Shown here: in pieces, positions 36,400 through 48,607 of the stretch | Layout of the letters: the number at the start of each line of letters is the position of its first letter | Position numbering within the stretch: position 1 is the stretch's first letter | From: Vicugna vicugna | Lineage: Eukaryota | Assembly (NCBI GenBank): GCA_013265495.1 | Contig: MU058054.1 | Coordinates: 186,001 to 250,000, forward strand | DNA length: 64,000 nucleotides | Reading direction: 5' to 3' | The notes under the pieces: generated by a model | Seen by the model: only the letters and a program-made list of their open reading frames with translations | The model's database searches: none | Told to the model about the DNA's origin: nothing | Position numbers and translations under genes: made by a program

Positions 36400-37210
36400 A
36401 ATTATATTTTTTCAAGTATAAAGGAATCCATTAAGATAAGAGCAAAACTTAATGCAACGAGAAACAAATTTACGATACAAAGATTGTGATCAAAGTCCAA
36501 AGACCATTCTATGAAAACATTAATAAAATGTGAAATCCTAGGAAAACTGATAAAGAAAAGAAAGAAGGCGTGAATTACCAATGTTAGTAATGAGCAAAGG
36601 ACACTGCTACAGACAAACATTATAAAGGTTATGAGCTACTTGACGTCTTCAGATAAATTAAAATTTTAAGTGAGCTGAGACAGTTCTGAGAAAACCACAA
36701 CTTACAAAAACCAACAAAACAAGGAATAGAAAATCTGAACAGTACTATATCTATCAAGGAAATATAAGTTATAAGTTAAATCTTCCAGCAACGAAAACTC
36801 CAGTCCCAGATGGCTACACTGGCAAATTCTAATAAATATTTAACAAAGAATAAAATACCACAATTACACATATTCTTCTGGAGAACAGAAAAGAGGAAAC
36901 ATACCTGAACTCGAATTCTGAGACCAGCACAACCCTCAGAAGGATAATAAAAGATAGGAAAGGTACAAGCCAAGCTCTCTAATGAACACAGGTGCAAAAC
37001 ACCCTAAACAAAGTAACAGCAAGTGAATTCAACAATACATACGAAAGCTAATGCATCCTCAAAGTTTGTGTCATTCCAAGAATGCATGGTTGGTATAAAT
37101 TTGAAAATCAACTGATTAAAACTTACCATATGAACAGGGTAAAGAAAAATCATTATGATCATATGGGATAGATTTTTCAATAGAAAAAGCAATGAAATTC
37201 AGCATCCATC
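36400..37210 (+). mobile_element. Old L1 ORF2 fragment
   Basis: CCAGTCCCAGATGGCTACACTGGCAAATTCT (SPGPDGFT.EF motif) and ATTCCAAGAATGCATGGTTGGT (IPGMQGWF). Confidence 0.8.
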
Positions 37211-37239
37211 GAGGGGCACCCATCATTACGCAGACCCTT

Positions 37240-38930
37240 ACTCACATCTCTTAATCTAATCCAATTTCCCACCCTTCCTGTTTCCCCTGTTCTTCCACTA
37301 TGACCCTGGACCTCCGCGCCCACCCTCAGCAAAATGCCTTAAATGCTCAACCTCTTTTGCAAACATTCATTTTCCCTTCTTGCTTGCACTAAAACCTGGT
37401 TCTGCCTGAGGACATTGTTTTTGCAGCCCACTCGTGTAGCAGCTGGTTTTTCCCCTCCACCTGCCCAGAGGTGGGCTGCAGGGGTGGGGGGTCCTCCTTG
37501 CCCTTCTTTGCGTTTGCTAGGCTAATTATCCTTCCTTTTCTCTACAAACCCCCTTTCCCCTGAAATTGTATCCTTAGAATAGACCCATCGCTATTCTTAC
37601 TGATGCCTTCACCAGCCTCCCGGCTACTCTGCCTCATTCCCTGAAGATTCTAGGGCCTGGCTCTCAGCCTCTTTCTCCACCATCAGTTCCTGACCATCCT
37701 TGGTGATTTCAGCCAACATCCGTCACAGACCCACAGCACCCTATCTTTTCAGGTTCTGTGTTACTTATCTATTGTGTAACAAATTACCACAAAACATTAA
37801 ACAATGAGCACTTATGATCCCACCCTTCCTCTGGATCAAGGACTCGGGAGCCCCTCAGACCAGTGGCTCTGACTCAGACTCTCTGATGAAGCTGCCTGCG
37901 GTCACTGGGCTGGAGCTGCCCCCGTCATCGGAGGGCTGGCTTCCAAGGTGGCTCACAAACACGCCTGGCAAGTTAGCGTTGGTTGGTCCTCACCACATGG
38001 GTGTCTTGAGGGGTGGCTGGCTTCTCCCAAGAAAGGGCAAGGCAGAGTCTTTCGCAGCCTAGCCTTGAAAATCATATATGGTCATTAGTTACACAGATCA
38101 GCTCCATTGAATGTGGGAGGGACTACACAAGGGCTGTGAATGCTGTCAGGTGAGAATCCCCGGGGGGCGAGGTTAGAGGCTGCCTACTCAGGTTCCCGAT
38201 TTCTTCACCTCCAACTCTCTTGCCCTCCATGCCCCTCATCCTCCCACAGCCAAGGTCGTGCTCTAGACCATCCTTAACAGCACTCCCACTCCCTTTAAAT
38301 CAGTTTCCAGCATCCCACTCTTCCGCCATCCCTTCCAATCTTTCCAGCTCTCTTTCTCTTGTATCCTGACTCATTTCTTCAACCCCAGGGAGACTCCCCA
38401 ACATTTCCACAGCCCATCTCTTAACTTGTCTCCTCACTTTCTTTATTACCCCTTTAGATTTCACAATCCATCACTTTAACCATGCCTTGCCCCTCTTTTC
38501 CTCATCTCATTGCCCTGAAAAACACTAAAAGCTAATCCCCTGCAACTCACACCCACACCTGAGCCGCTAGATGTGGCTGGAGGAAAACACAGCTGTGCCC
38601 AGTAATCTCTCTTTAAATTCATGACCACAAACCTCAAGTGGGCCATCAGCACTAATCTTCATAAATTCACACCCCCACTTTCAGAGAAGACTATTTCATC
38701 TCTTCCTGTCTTTTAAGAAACCTCCCATACCTGTCTCCACTTTACTCTCAGCCTCTCGGCCGACAACCTCACTCACTTTCTTGAGATAAAAGAAGCAATC
38801 TGGGGAACTACCTCATCTTCCCGCCACTAAACAGCCGACCTGCATCTGTACCCATGGCCTCTCTCCATGTTACAAAAGAGGGACCATCTCATCACTAGGG
38901 CATTGGGTCCCATCCCCTCTCCCAGGAAGT
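37240..38930 (+). mobile_element. L2 ORF2 fragment interrupted by an MLT1 LTR (about 37757-38190)
   Basis: CT-rich; ACTAAAACCTGGTTCTGCCTGAGGAC (TETWL.PED), ATCCTTGGTGATTTCA (ILGDF) and CTAGACC (LD) APE motifs. Confidence 0.65.
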
Positions 38931-39350
38931 GGGATCCATGGCTGAGTGATGTCAACTTATCCTCATTAGACACTGGAACTGGGGGAACAGATACAAAGTC
39001 AGGGAAGGAAGCCGTGGCAGGTGTGTGCACATCCAGATGAGTCAACCCGAAGACTGAGACGACCAGAGCAGGCAGGCAGAGAGAGGCAGAGAAAAGAGAG
39101 TTACCAAAGTTCCTGCTTTCTGTATAACTTCCAGGTCCCATGAAGCTTGAGTGGTTGGCAATTCTAGGAGACACCCCTGGTTCCTCACAGCAAAATCCTT
39201 GTTACGTAAGTTAGCTTCAGTGGATCTTTGTCGTTTACAACTGAAAGAGCCTGTTTATTTACTCTATTTGGATATAGAAAGATGTCCGGAAAGGTGTTCC
39301 AGTAGAAGTTAATAGTAGTTCTCTCTGGGAAATTAGATGTCAGAGAATTT

Positions 39351-39398
39351 TTTTTTAATTGAAGTATAGTCAGTTTACAATGTTATGTTAATTTCTGG
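39351..39398 (-). mobile_element. Ultra-short L1 3' end (about 48 bp)
   Basis: Minus strand CCAGAAATTAACATAACATTGTAAACTGACTATACTTCAATTAAAAAA; TSD TAGAT(G/T)TCAGAGAATTT at 39334-39350 and 39399-39415. Confidence 0.88.
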
Positions 39399-40484
39399 TA
39401 GATTTCAGAGAATTTTACATTGTTTCTTCTTTATAATCTCCCGAATTATCTGAACCATTTAAAATGAGCGCATACCAGCTTCCTTCCTCTCTTTATCTAT
39501 TCAGCTCATGAACATCTTCTCTCAACCTCAAATGGCTCAAATCGATCCAGCTTGCTCTCTGTCCACAGGCGTCTCACTAGCCAAATCGCCACTCTCTCTC
39601 ACCCGGCTGAGTGCAGGAGTCTCTTCCCTGATCCCTCTGTTCCTCCCTTTGCAAACCTGCAGCCGCCACGTCCCACAGAGCAGCCAGCTGGATCTTGTTA
39701 TCTTGTTATCAACCCAGCCATGCAACTGCCTTGCTTAAAACCTTTCGCTGGTTTCCCTTTGCACCCGGAGGAAAACTCAAGCCTCAGTCTCCTCACCTGT
39801 AAAGTTGTTGGAAAGGTCAAGTACACTACTGCGTGAACAGCCCAGTACGGAGCCTGGTCCGTTACAGGTGCACACAGAGTGGGTGGCCATGGTCTTGTTC
39901 TTGGCTCCCAGCCACTCTCAGAAGTTAAGTTGGAAAGTTCTTAGAAACGGGTCCATTTCTACTTGGCAACTCTATCTCTAGCCATTTTCCCTTGCTCCCT
40001 GAGCTCCTCCCACACTGGCTTCTGACAAAGTTCAGAACACAACAAAAACCCCCTTCGAGCGCCACGCCTTTGCTCGTTCGTGCCGCTACAATAGTCCACG
40101 CAACTCCTTGTGTGGCTGGTTCCTCGCCCGATAGTCCTCAGTGTTTCAAAGTCGCCTCCTTCCAGGCGCCTTCCCCAACCACCCTGACTAAGGTTCTGTC
40201 CCTGTTACGCCCTCCTGCGCCCGTCATGGCGGCCTGCATTTCCTTTGTGGCTTTTGTCACAACCTGTCATTTGACATTTGCTTGTTGACTTTGTACCCTG
40301 TCTCTCCCACAAGATTATACCCTCCCCATTGGTTTTATTTGCCTCTTTATTCATCCAGTGCTTGGTGTTGAGAAACTCTTCAGGTGTTAAAGGCATGGAT
40401 TTTAACATAAAGCCTTCCCTGGTATGCCTAGCTGAAAGCCATCAGTGGGTCCCTTGAATTCCCACACTTCATCTCCACTTTCTT

Positions 40485-40596
40485 TTTTAGGAGGGAGTGA
40501 TGAACGCAGTAATTAAGAGGTACTGGTGATTGAACCCAGGACCTCCTGCATACTGGGCATGCGCTCTACCACTGAGCTCTACCCTCCACCAACCCC
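40485..40596 (-). mobile_element. tRNA-Ala-derived SINE
   Basis: tRNA head; TSD CATCTCCACTTTCTT at 40470-40484 and 40597-40611. Confidence 0.88.
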
Positions 40597-41299
40597 CATC
40601 TCCACTTTCTTAGGACCCACCTTCTTCAGATTTTGTATTGGACTTATACAGTACAGAGAGACAGGGCGGTGTGGTAGTTAGAACCAGACCTCTGTTCAAA
40701 GGCCAGCCCAGCTTCTCCCAGCCTCCAGAACAGTGCCTGGCCCCGTGAATAACATTAAGAATTTGTATTACTCTGCTTTGAGTTATCCCCTGCCCCACCA
40801 GGAGCTGAATGAAAGTTCCCTGAGGGTAAGAGTACACATATAACTTACTGTTTGAAAACTTCCACAATGCCTAGCTCGGGACACTCAGTAGGTGGGCAAT
40901 AGATAAAAAATTGTAAGAGCTGAATTTTATTATGGGTTTAATGCACCAGGTTCTAAACTGTTCCAAACACTTTACATGCATCAGCTCGTTTCATCTGCAC
41001 AGTAAGTACAACTACTATTTCTATTTCACAGATTTTACCAAGTCATAGGAAATTAAAAACTTGGCCCAGGGTTACTCAATAAATAGGGGGAGTGTCTGGG
41101 ATTTGAATACAGGACTAATGAATCTAAGCCTTAACTACAACATACTGTAAAGTGTAGACCAACTAGTTAGGGCAGGTTTATGAGGCTAGAATCAAAGATA
41201 ACAATCTATATGTTCGACAAAGGAGCTGGTCAAACTGTAATAGAATTTTATGTAGCCATTTAAAATGATGATATATATCTATATTTATAATACCACAAG

Positions 41300-41320
41300 C
41301 CTAACCCTAACCCTAACCCT
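41300..41320 (-). repeat. Short interstitial telomeric sequence (TTAGGG)x3.5
   Basis: CCTAACCCTAACCCTAACCCT, perfect. Confidence 0.85.
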
Positions 41321-41354
41321 TGGGAAAAAACAAGAAACAAAACAGTATAATAAA

Positions 41355-42050
41355 AGCTGCACACGAATGTTTATAGCAGCCTATTTATAATTGCCCAAAA
41401 CTGGAGGCAACCAAGATGTCCTTCCAGAGGTGAACAGATAAACTGTGGTACATTCATACAAAGGAATATTATTCAGCGATAAAAAGAAATGAGCGATTAA
41501 CCCACGAAAAGACATGAAGGAAACTTAAAAGAATATTGTTTGGTGAAAGAAGCCGGCCTGAAAAGGCTCCTTACTGTGGGATTCCAACCGCATGACATTC
41601 TGGAAAGGGCAAAACTAGAGAAACAGTGAAAAAGATCAGTGTCCGCAAGAGGTCCTGGGGGAGCACTCAGGGTTTTTAGGGTAGTAAAACCATTCCTATG
41701 ATACTGTAATGGTGGATACATGACGTTACGCATTTATCAAAACTTTGAACTTTACAGCACAAAGAGTGAACCTTAAATAAGCTGGGGACTTGAGTTAATA
41801 ATAGTGTATCAAGGGGGTAGGGTATAGCTCAGTGGGTAGAGCGCATGCTTAGCATGCAGATCATGGGTTCCATCCCCAGTACATCTGTTAAATTAAAATA
41901 ATAATAATAATTAATCAATAAACAAGCCTAATTACCCCCCTCCAAAAAAGGACCAAAAAAAGTGTATCAATAGTGGTCCATCAATCGTCACAAAAGTACC
42001 ACACTAATAGTTACTAATAGTGGAAAACTGAGGATGGGGAGGGGGTGGGG
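41355..42050 (+). mobile_element. Old L1 3' end with a nested SINE
   Basis: CACACGAATGTTTATAGCAGCC..AACTGGAGGCAACCAAGATGTCC..; runs into the assembly gap. Confidence 0.8.
41813..41960 (+). mobile_element. tRNA-Ala-derived SINE
   Basis: TSD AGTGTATCAA at 41803-41812 and 41961-41970. Confidence 0.88.
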
Positions 42051-42053
42051 AGG

Positions 42054-42530
42054 NNNNNNNNNNNNNNNNNNNNNNNNNNNNNNNNNNNNNNNNNNNNNNN
42101 NNNNNNNNNNNNNNNNNNNNNNNNNNNNNNNNNNNNNNNNNNNNNNNNNNNNNNNNNNNNNNNNNNNNNNNNNNNNNNNNNNNNNNNNNNNNNNNNNNNN
42201 NNNNNNNNNNNNNNNNNNNNNNNNNNNNNNNNNNNNNNNNNNNNNNNNNNNNNNNNNNNNNNNNNNNNNNNNNNNNNNNNNNNNNNNNNNNNNNNNNNNN
42301 NNNNNNNNNNNNNNNNNNNNNNNNNNNNNNNNNNNNNNNNNNNNNNNNNNNNNNNNNNNNNNNNNNNNNNNNNNNNNNNNNNNNNNNNNNNNNNNNNNNN
42401 NNNNNNNNNNNNNNNNNNNNNNNNNNNNNNNNNNNNNNNNNNNNNNNNNNNNNNNNNNNNNNNNNNNNNNNNNNNNNNNNNNNNNNNNNNNNNNNNNNNN
42501 NNNNNNNNNNNNNNNNNNNNNNNNNNNNNN
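42054..42530. other. Assembly gap (477 N)
   Basis: Run of n. Confidence 1.
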
Positions 42531-42720
42531 GGGGCCCCTGGGACTTGGAGTGCGGCCAGCTTTCCGTTCCCAGGGTGCCTTCCGGGGTGGGGAGGGAGGG
42601 GAGTCGCCTAGTTCCCGGGCCGGGCAGCTGCGGGGCTCCCCTGGATTCCAGCGCCGGCCGCGCCACGACTAGCTGCGCGCCCCTGGCGTCGGGTCTCTTC
42701 CCTGCTCTGGGCCTCAATGT
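42531..42720. promoter_or_regulatory. CpG-rich segment, probably the edge of a CpG island truncated by the gap
   Basis: High GC, many CpGs (GCGCCGGCCGCGCCACG, GCGCGCCCC), G-tracts. Confidence 0.5.
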
Positions 42721-43265
42721 CCGCAGCTACAAAATGGGAATAATAATGATACCGGCACATAGTGATTGACAGGCGCTGGCATAAGATAAAGCCCTCTACG
42801 AGGCTCATTCCTCGTAACCCTTTGACGTAGGTGCTGTGAATATAACATAATTATCCTACTGCTATTCTAGAAGTATCATAGGATCCATAGCATTCTATTA
42901 GTGAATATTCCCGCACTGCCAGGCCCTTTGGACAGAACAGATGCTCTGGTGTAGAAAGCCTGGCCCAGCCTCCTTCCAGGTAGTGTAATGTGCATTATTA
43001 TTATTATTTTCACTGTAAAGATGAGGAAGAAGCAGCTCAGGCAGGTTAAGTAACTTGTCCAAGGGCACAAAGCTCCGAAGTGGCCATCCAGGATGCAAAC
43101 CCAGGCAGTCAGGGGGAGATCCTCCACTCTTAACTTCCATAGATACTGTCTCTCTACTGCCAGTCTCAGGGGGCCCTTAAAATCTGTTTATTTGGACATA
43201 TTGCAATCCATGCAATAATTCTGAGGAGGTATTGCTACTAATAATAATTAACACTAAGTAATGAT

Positions 43266-43413
43266 GGTGGAGAGGGTATAGCTCAGTGGTAGAGTGTGTG
43301 CTTAGCATGTACCAGGTCCTGGGTTAATCTCCAATACCTTTGTTAAAGAAATAAATAAAATTAACCTAATTGCATCTCCTCCCCCCCAAAAATAAAAATA
43401 AAAATAAAAATAA
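43266..43413 (+). mobile_element. tRNA-Ala-derived SINE
   Basis: TSD AACACT(A/G)AGTAATGAT at 43250-43265 and 43414-43429; (AAAAAT)n tail. Confidence 0.9.
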
Positions 43414-44401
43414 AACACTGAGTAATGATAGTCATCACCAGTCGAGGGTGATTCTCACAACACCCAATAAGATAAGTGCTACTATTATTGTTCCCATTTT
43501 AGGGATGAAAGAATCGAGGCACTGGGAGATCACTCTGGTTCTAGGAGATGGAACTCATTTATTGTGAAGCCAGAGCCCCAGAACTGCTTAGCTGTTGTCC
43601 CGTTGTGTTTTATAGGCAGGCAGACTCCTCCAGAGGCTGATTACAGAGGTCAGCCTGGAAGGACAGGCCTTTCTCTAAACATTGCCAGAGGCAACTTTGC
43701 CTGGTAATCTGAGGAGCTTTGGAGAGTGTAATGAGTCTCAGATGATCCCTAATACCAGCTGGGGAGCTGCTCCTGGTGTCCCACCTCCAGGAGCCCAGCT
43801 GCCTTGTACCCGCTTGTACCCGCGGAAACATCTCCACCCAGAATCTCTGCAGAGGGCAGGTCAGCTGCCCCGCTAGGCTGTGAACGAAGCAGTGCCCGGT
43901 AGCAAAATCTGCCTGTCCTGTTACCATCACGTTCCCTTCCCTCTCCAATTCCTCCATCACGCTGACTGGAAATTGTTATTGGACTCCCATCACCCCCTTT
44001 TAGGTTAAGGGGCTGCTTCCTTTCAAAATGCAAATGTTGCTGTTGCTTCTCTGTAACCTATGACCCATGTCCCTTCAACTGACCACCTCCTGGGAGGGAA
44101 GCCATCTCATTTTTTGCAGTAGGTGTTAAAGGTTTGTTGAAGATGGTTTGGCAGATAGCCACATGCTGCTGCTGTTGTCAAGCGGGCATACAAATAGCCA
44201 CTGAGTAACTGCTCTGCACATCCGCTCCCTCTGGTTACCTGCACGGCTTCCTCCCTCACCTCCTGCAGTTTTTACTCAAGTCCCCATCCTCGCAGGGCCT
44301 TCCCTGACCACCAAATTTCAACTCTGCCCTGACAATAGTCCTGATTCCTTTTCCCTGTTTCCTTCTTTCCATAGCACATTTCACTGTCCTATACACTCGA
44401 T

Positions 44402-44498
44402 TATTATTGTCATGTTAAATGGAGATACTGGGGCTTGAACCCAGCACCTCATGCATGCTAAGCATACACACTCTACCACTGAGCTATATGACTGCTCC
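44402..44498 (-). mobile_element. Short tRNA-Ala-derived SINE inside an L2 3' end
   Basis: Minus strand ATATAGCTCAGTGGTAGAGTGTGTATGCTTAGCATGCATGAGGTGCTGGGTTCAAGCCCCAGTATCTCCA. Confidence 0.8.
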
Positions 44499-45506
44499 CT
44501 ACACTCTGTTCTTTTTATTTAGTTTGTTTATTGTCTGTCTTGCCCCACTGGAGTGCAAATTCCTTGAGGGTAGAGGTTTCTCTGTTTTCTTCTTCCCTGT
44601 GTCCTCAAGTGCCTGGAACAGGGGGGAAGGAGAGGAAGAAGAGGGAAGGGTAGCTTCCCTGGCCCATCGAACCCACTGTGACCACCACCCCTTGGAGGAA
44701 CACACATTTCTTATCCGTGCTATTTACTCGATGTTTGGCATACCGTATTCCCCTGGTAACATCTTTTGCAGCATCGCCTCATTTGACTTTGCAGTACCAA
44801 GAACAGGACAGAATTTCTACAGGGCTCTTTAGATTTCAAAAAGAAAAATCTCACCCCTCCCTCCCTTCCGTCCCCCCACCTGGCTCTTCTCCCTGTCCCA
44901 CCACCGCCATTCCCCCACCCCTGATGGTTCAGCTCCATCATTACTAGACTTAACTGGTTACATGTGATTTCTTTCAAGTTTGGCATTCAATGTTTTTAAC
45001 CAAATAAATTTAAAGCACTTTTGACAAATCACATTTAATATTTGTTAATAGGGGCAGTATGTGAACTATTTTATTTCTTAACAACAGCTCTATTTGCTCA
45101 TTAAATGAAACAGAAAATTCCATCCCTTGATTATGTTCTTGCTATAATCTGCATCCTTGGTTTCCTCTTTATTATTAAGAGGAATTTTTAAAAATGTGTT
45201 CAAATGACTTAAGTGAGAAAGAGAAGGATGGATATGAGTTGCATCCCCAGGAGATGAATGAAGCCTCTGCCTCCTTCATCTGTCACTCAGCTCACCCTTG
45301 CTCTCGAAAATGAGGGGACCACACAGCTACGGATAGCCCTTAGTGTTAGAGCATCACAGATGATTACAGCAAACACCGAATTTGTCCCTCCTCGCTCCCT
45401 ACATTTTCCCAGGGTTGGCTGTGATGTGAGTGGGTGTCACATCCGTCTCACGGGAAGTGGGAGGGCTGGGGAGGTGGGGGAGACTGCTTGAAAAAGACTA
45501 TCTAGT

Positions 45507-46114
45507 TAACTATGTAAGTTTAAAAAGCTAAAGCTCTAAACATTCTTAGAAACGATGAACAGTACATATATGCAAATAAAAAATATGTGCAGTTAAAAAA
45601 AAAAAGAAAAGAAGTGAGCTATCAAGCCAAAACTTAAAAGACGTATTACTAAATGAAAGAAGCCAGTCTGAAAAGGCTACAAGCTATACGATTCCAACCA
45701 AATGACATTGTGGAAAAGACACAGCTACAGAAACAATAAAAAGATTGTGGTTTCCAGGGGTTTGGGGAGAGGGAGGGAGGAAGGGATGAACAGATGGAGC
45801 ACAAGGGATTTTTTAGGGTTATGAAATGATTCTGTATGATACTATAGTGGTGGCCACATGCCATTATGCATTTGTCAAAACCCATAGAATGTACAACATC
45901 AAGAGTGGACCCTAATGTAAACTGTGGACTTTGATTGATGATAATGTGTCCATGTTGGTTCATCAATTGTACCAAATATGCCACACTAATGAGGGATGCT
46001 GAGGGTAGGGGAGTGTATATGTGGGGGGGGGGGGGCATGTGCGAACTCTCTGTATTTTCTGCCCAATTCTGCTGTAAACCTGAAACTGCTCTAAAAACAA
46101 ATACAGTCTATTAA
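45507..46114 (+). mobile_element. L1 3' insertion with a 19-bp perfect TSD
   Basis: TTGAAAAAGACTATCTAGT at 45488-45506 and 46115-46133; body is L1 3'UTR (AAAGAAGCCAGTCTGAAAAGGCTAC...CTGTAAACCTGAAACTGCTCTAAAAA). Confidence 0.85.
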
Positions 46115-47565
46115 TTGAAAAAGACTATCTAGTGACTACTTAATTTTTATTATCTATAAACATCTAAAAATGTGCACAAATAAGCATTTATAGTGTGACT
46201 GAAATATGAAATTTCATCAGGATATTGCATGTGTGTGATGATCTCCGTACCTGTTAAAATGGTGATAAAAAGTGCCATCAGGCTGGCCTGAATCTAAGAA
46301 AAGTCCATCAGAATAGGTTTTGCATGACTCTCTACAAAAAAATAACTGCAGGGTCCTCATGAGCTATGTGGGAGGGAGTGATGACTGAATGGAAGGACGA
46401 AATGGGTGGATGGTAGATGAACTGATCTATGGAAAAGTAGGTAAGTGACTGAACGGATGAATGGCTAGGAGCCGCACAGATGGATGGATGGGGGATGTCA
46501 GACAACTGGATTTGCTGGGCTCCAAAGGTCCCTGGCCGACCCCAGCAGCGACCATATGACTTCAAAGATTATTCGTTTACCCACTGGTCTTCCCCAGGAG
46601 ATTTTGAGGCCCTCCAAGGTACAACATTAATTTTTACCATTTTTTTGTATCCTGTGCTGCTAACTCAGCATCCTGCCCATTCACGGGGGCATTAGTTAGT
46701 TTGTACATTTACACACAGCATCTCCATCTGCACAACGGAACCCCAGAAAGTCTGTAATGTAGCCAGCGGGAAGGGAAACAGAGGAAGAGGAAGGCACACG
46801 TGCTTCCTTCAAAAGCAGGACCTGCCAGTGGCACGTGTCATTTGGGCTCTCACCCCACACACCGGGACTCAGTCTTACAGCCGCATCTCACTGAAAGGCT
46901 GCTGGGCAGTCCCATGTCATCTAAAAATCAGTGGTTCTAAAAACAGCAGAAACGGATATTGGAAGAAGTCTCTGTCACATAAGTAAACAATACATTCTTA
47001 TTTGTTAAATGAATAAATCAACAAGTGAATCTAACTGACAGTGAACATCTATTCTAATGAGAAAAAAGCACACTGAATCACAGTTAAGTGAAAAAATCAA
47101 AGTAGGATTGACAGACATAGTTTGCAATTATGCTGCCCTTCTTTAGCAGGAGGCATTTTGTTGAGAGTGACAGTGGGCAGGGATAAAAATTCCACTCCCC
47201 AGGCTCCCTCCAAATGGCCATGTGACACCACTGTGGCCAATGAGCTACGAATGGAAGGCAGCCGGAGACCTCTGGGAACGTTTTTGCTTTAATACAGGCA
47301 TCACTTTTCCCTCTTTCTTCCTACTTCTTCTTGATGAGTGAAATACAGAGGTGAGCGTGAAGGTGGGATGAGCGAAAACCACATGTTGAGTTTGACCGAG
47401 CAGAAAGATGGAAAATAGCAAGACGATGGCAATGATGTCGTGAAGATGCTGCCTGGCCTTGACTGCCTGCCTCCAAGACCATCGAGAGACTTCCTGTTGG
47501 TGAGAAGCAGAAATTCCCCCTTGGTTAAGCTGGGATAGTGACCTTCTGTTTTATCCAGCCTAACC

Positions 47566-47606
47566 TATATACATACATACATACATACATACACACATAC
47601 ACACAT
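47566..47606. repeat. (TACA)n/(CA)n microsatellite
   Basis: TATATACATACATACATACATACATACACACATACACACAT. Confidence 0.9.
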
Positions 47607-47764
47607 GCATCGATCCTGAAAATTCATTGAGTACATAGAATATTCCTGGAGGGAAACACAAGAAACTGGAGCCATGGCTGCCTCTCTTGGGAGAAGTCAT
47701 GAGTAACTGCAGGACAGGGGTGCACAAGAGACTTACTTTTCATTTATAGTGATACATTTTTGAA

Positions 47765-48250
47765 TGAAATCATGCCATTTGCAGCAACATGGATGGACCT
47801 GGAGATCGTCATACTAAGTGAGGCCAGAAAGAGAAAGAAAAAGAAAGAAAAAATAAGCCAGAAAGAGAAATAAAAGATATGATATCACTTGTATGTGGAA
47901 TGTGAAAAAATGACACAAATGAACTTATTTACCAAACAGAAATAGACTCACAGACAGAGAACAAGCTTACGGTTACCAGGAAGAAAGGGGATGGGGAGGG
48001 ATAAATTGAGAATTCTGGATTTGCAGAGACTAACCACTATACATAAAATAGGTGAACAACAAGGTCCTGCTGTACAGCACAGGGAACTATATTCAATACA
48101 TAATAGCCTATAATAAAAAAGAATATGAAAAGGAATATATATGTATAACTGAATCACTCTGCTGTACACCAGAAATTAACACAACATTGTAAATCGACTG
48201 TACTTCAGTTTAAAAAACTATAAAAGGACATCAAAAAGTTTAAAAAATAA
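47765..48250 (+). mobile_element. L1 3'UTR of the young lineage family
   Basis: ATGCCATTTGCAGCAACATGGATGGACCTGGAG...CACCAGAAATTAACACAACATTGTAAATCGAC; same family as 2221-2776. Confidence 0.9.
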
Positions 48251-48607
48251 ATGAATTTTGGAAACTATTTATTCATAAAAATAAATTAGTAGATGGTACT
48301 TCATAAAAGCGGAGCGGTTTAGTTTGGGTTTTTGTTTTGTTTTAATCAGAAGGAGCTTTCATTGTCTCTCCAATGTGTCATCTCTTAAGCTAGGTGAAGA
48401 GTATACTGTTCTTTGCCTCATCATTCGCTGTATTTCTTTGATTGCCTGGAATATTTCCTAATTTGAAATTAATTCATTAATTAACCGTGAAAACTCGGAG
48501 TGCATGTAAGAATAATAAAGCACTCTCTCCCTTGAATTACAACACGCTTTCTTGACAAGCAGAGACGTGGCTGGTACAGTGAGCCCTCCGAAAATGCACA
48601 CACCCCA

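Noticed and set aside
42004..42717. Long ORFs of 188-237 aa
   Set aside because: Artefacts of translating through the N gap
44950..46290. Possible DNA transposon hosting the 45507 L1
   Set aside because: Composition is suggestive but I could not identify TIRs or a family
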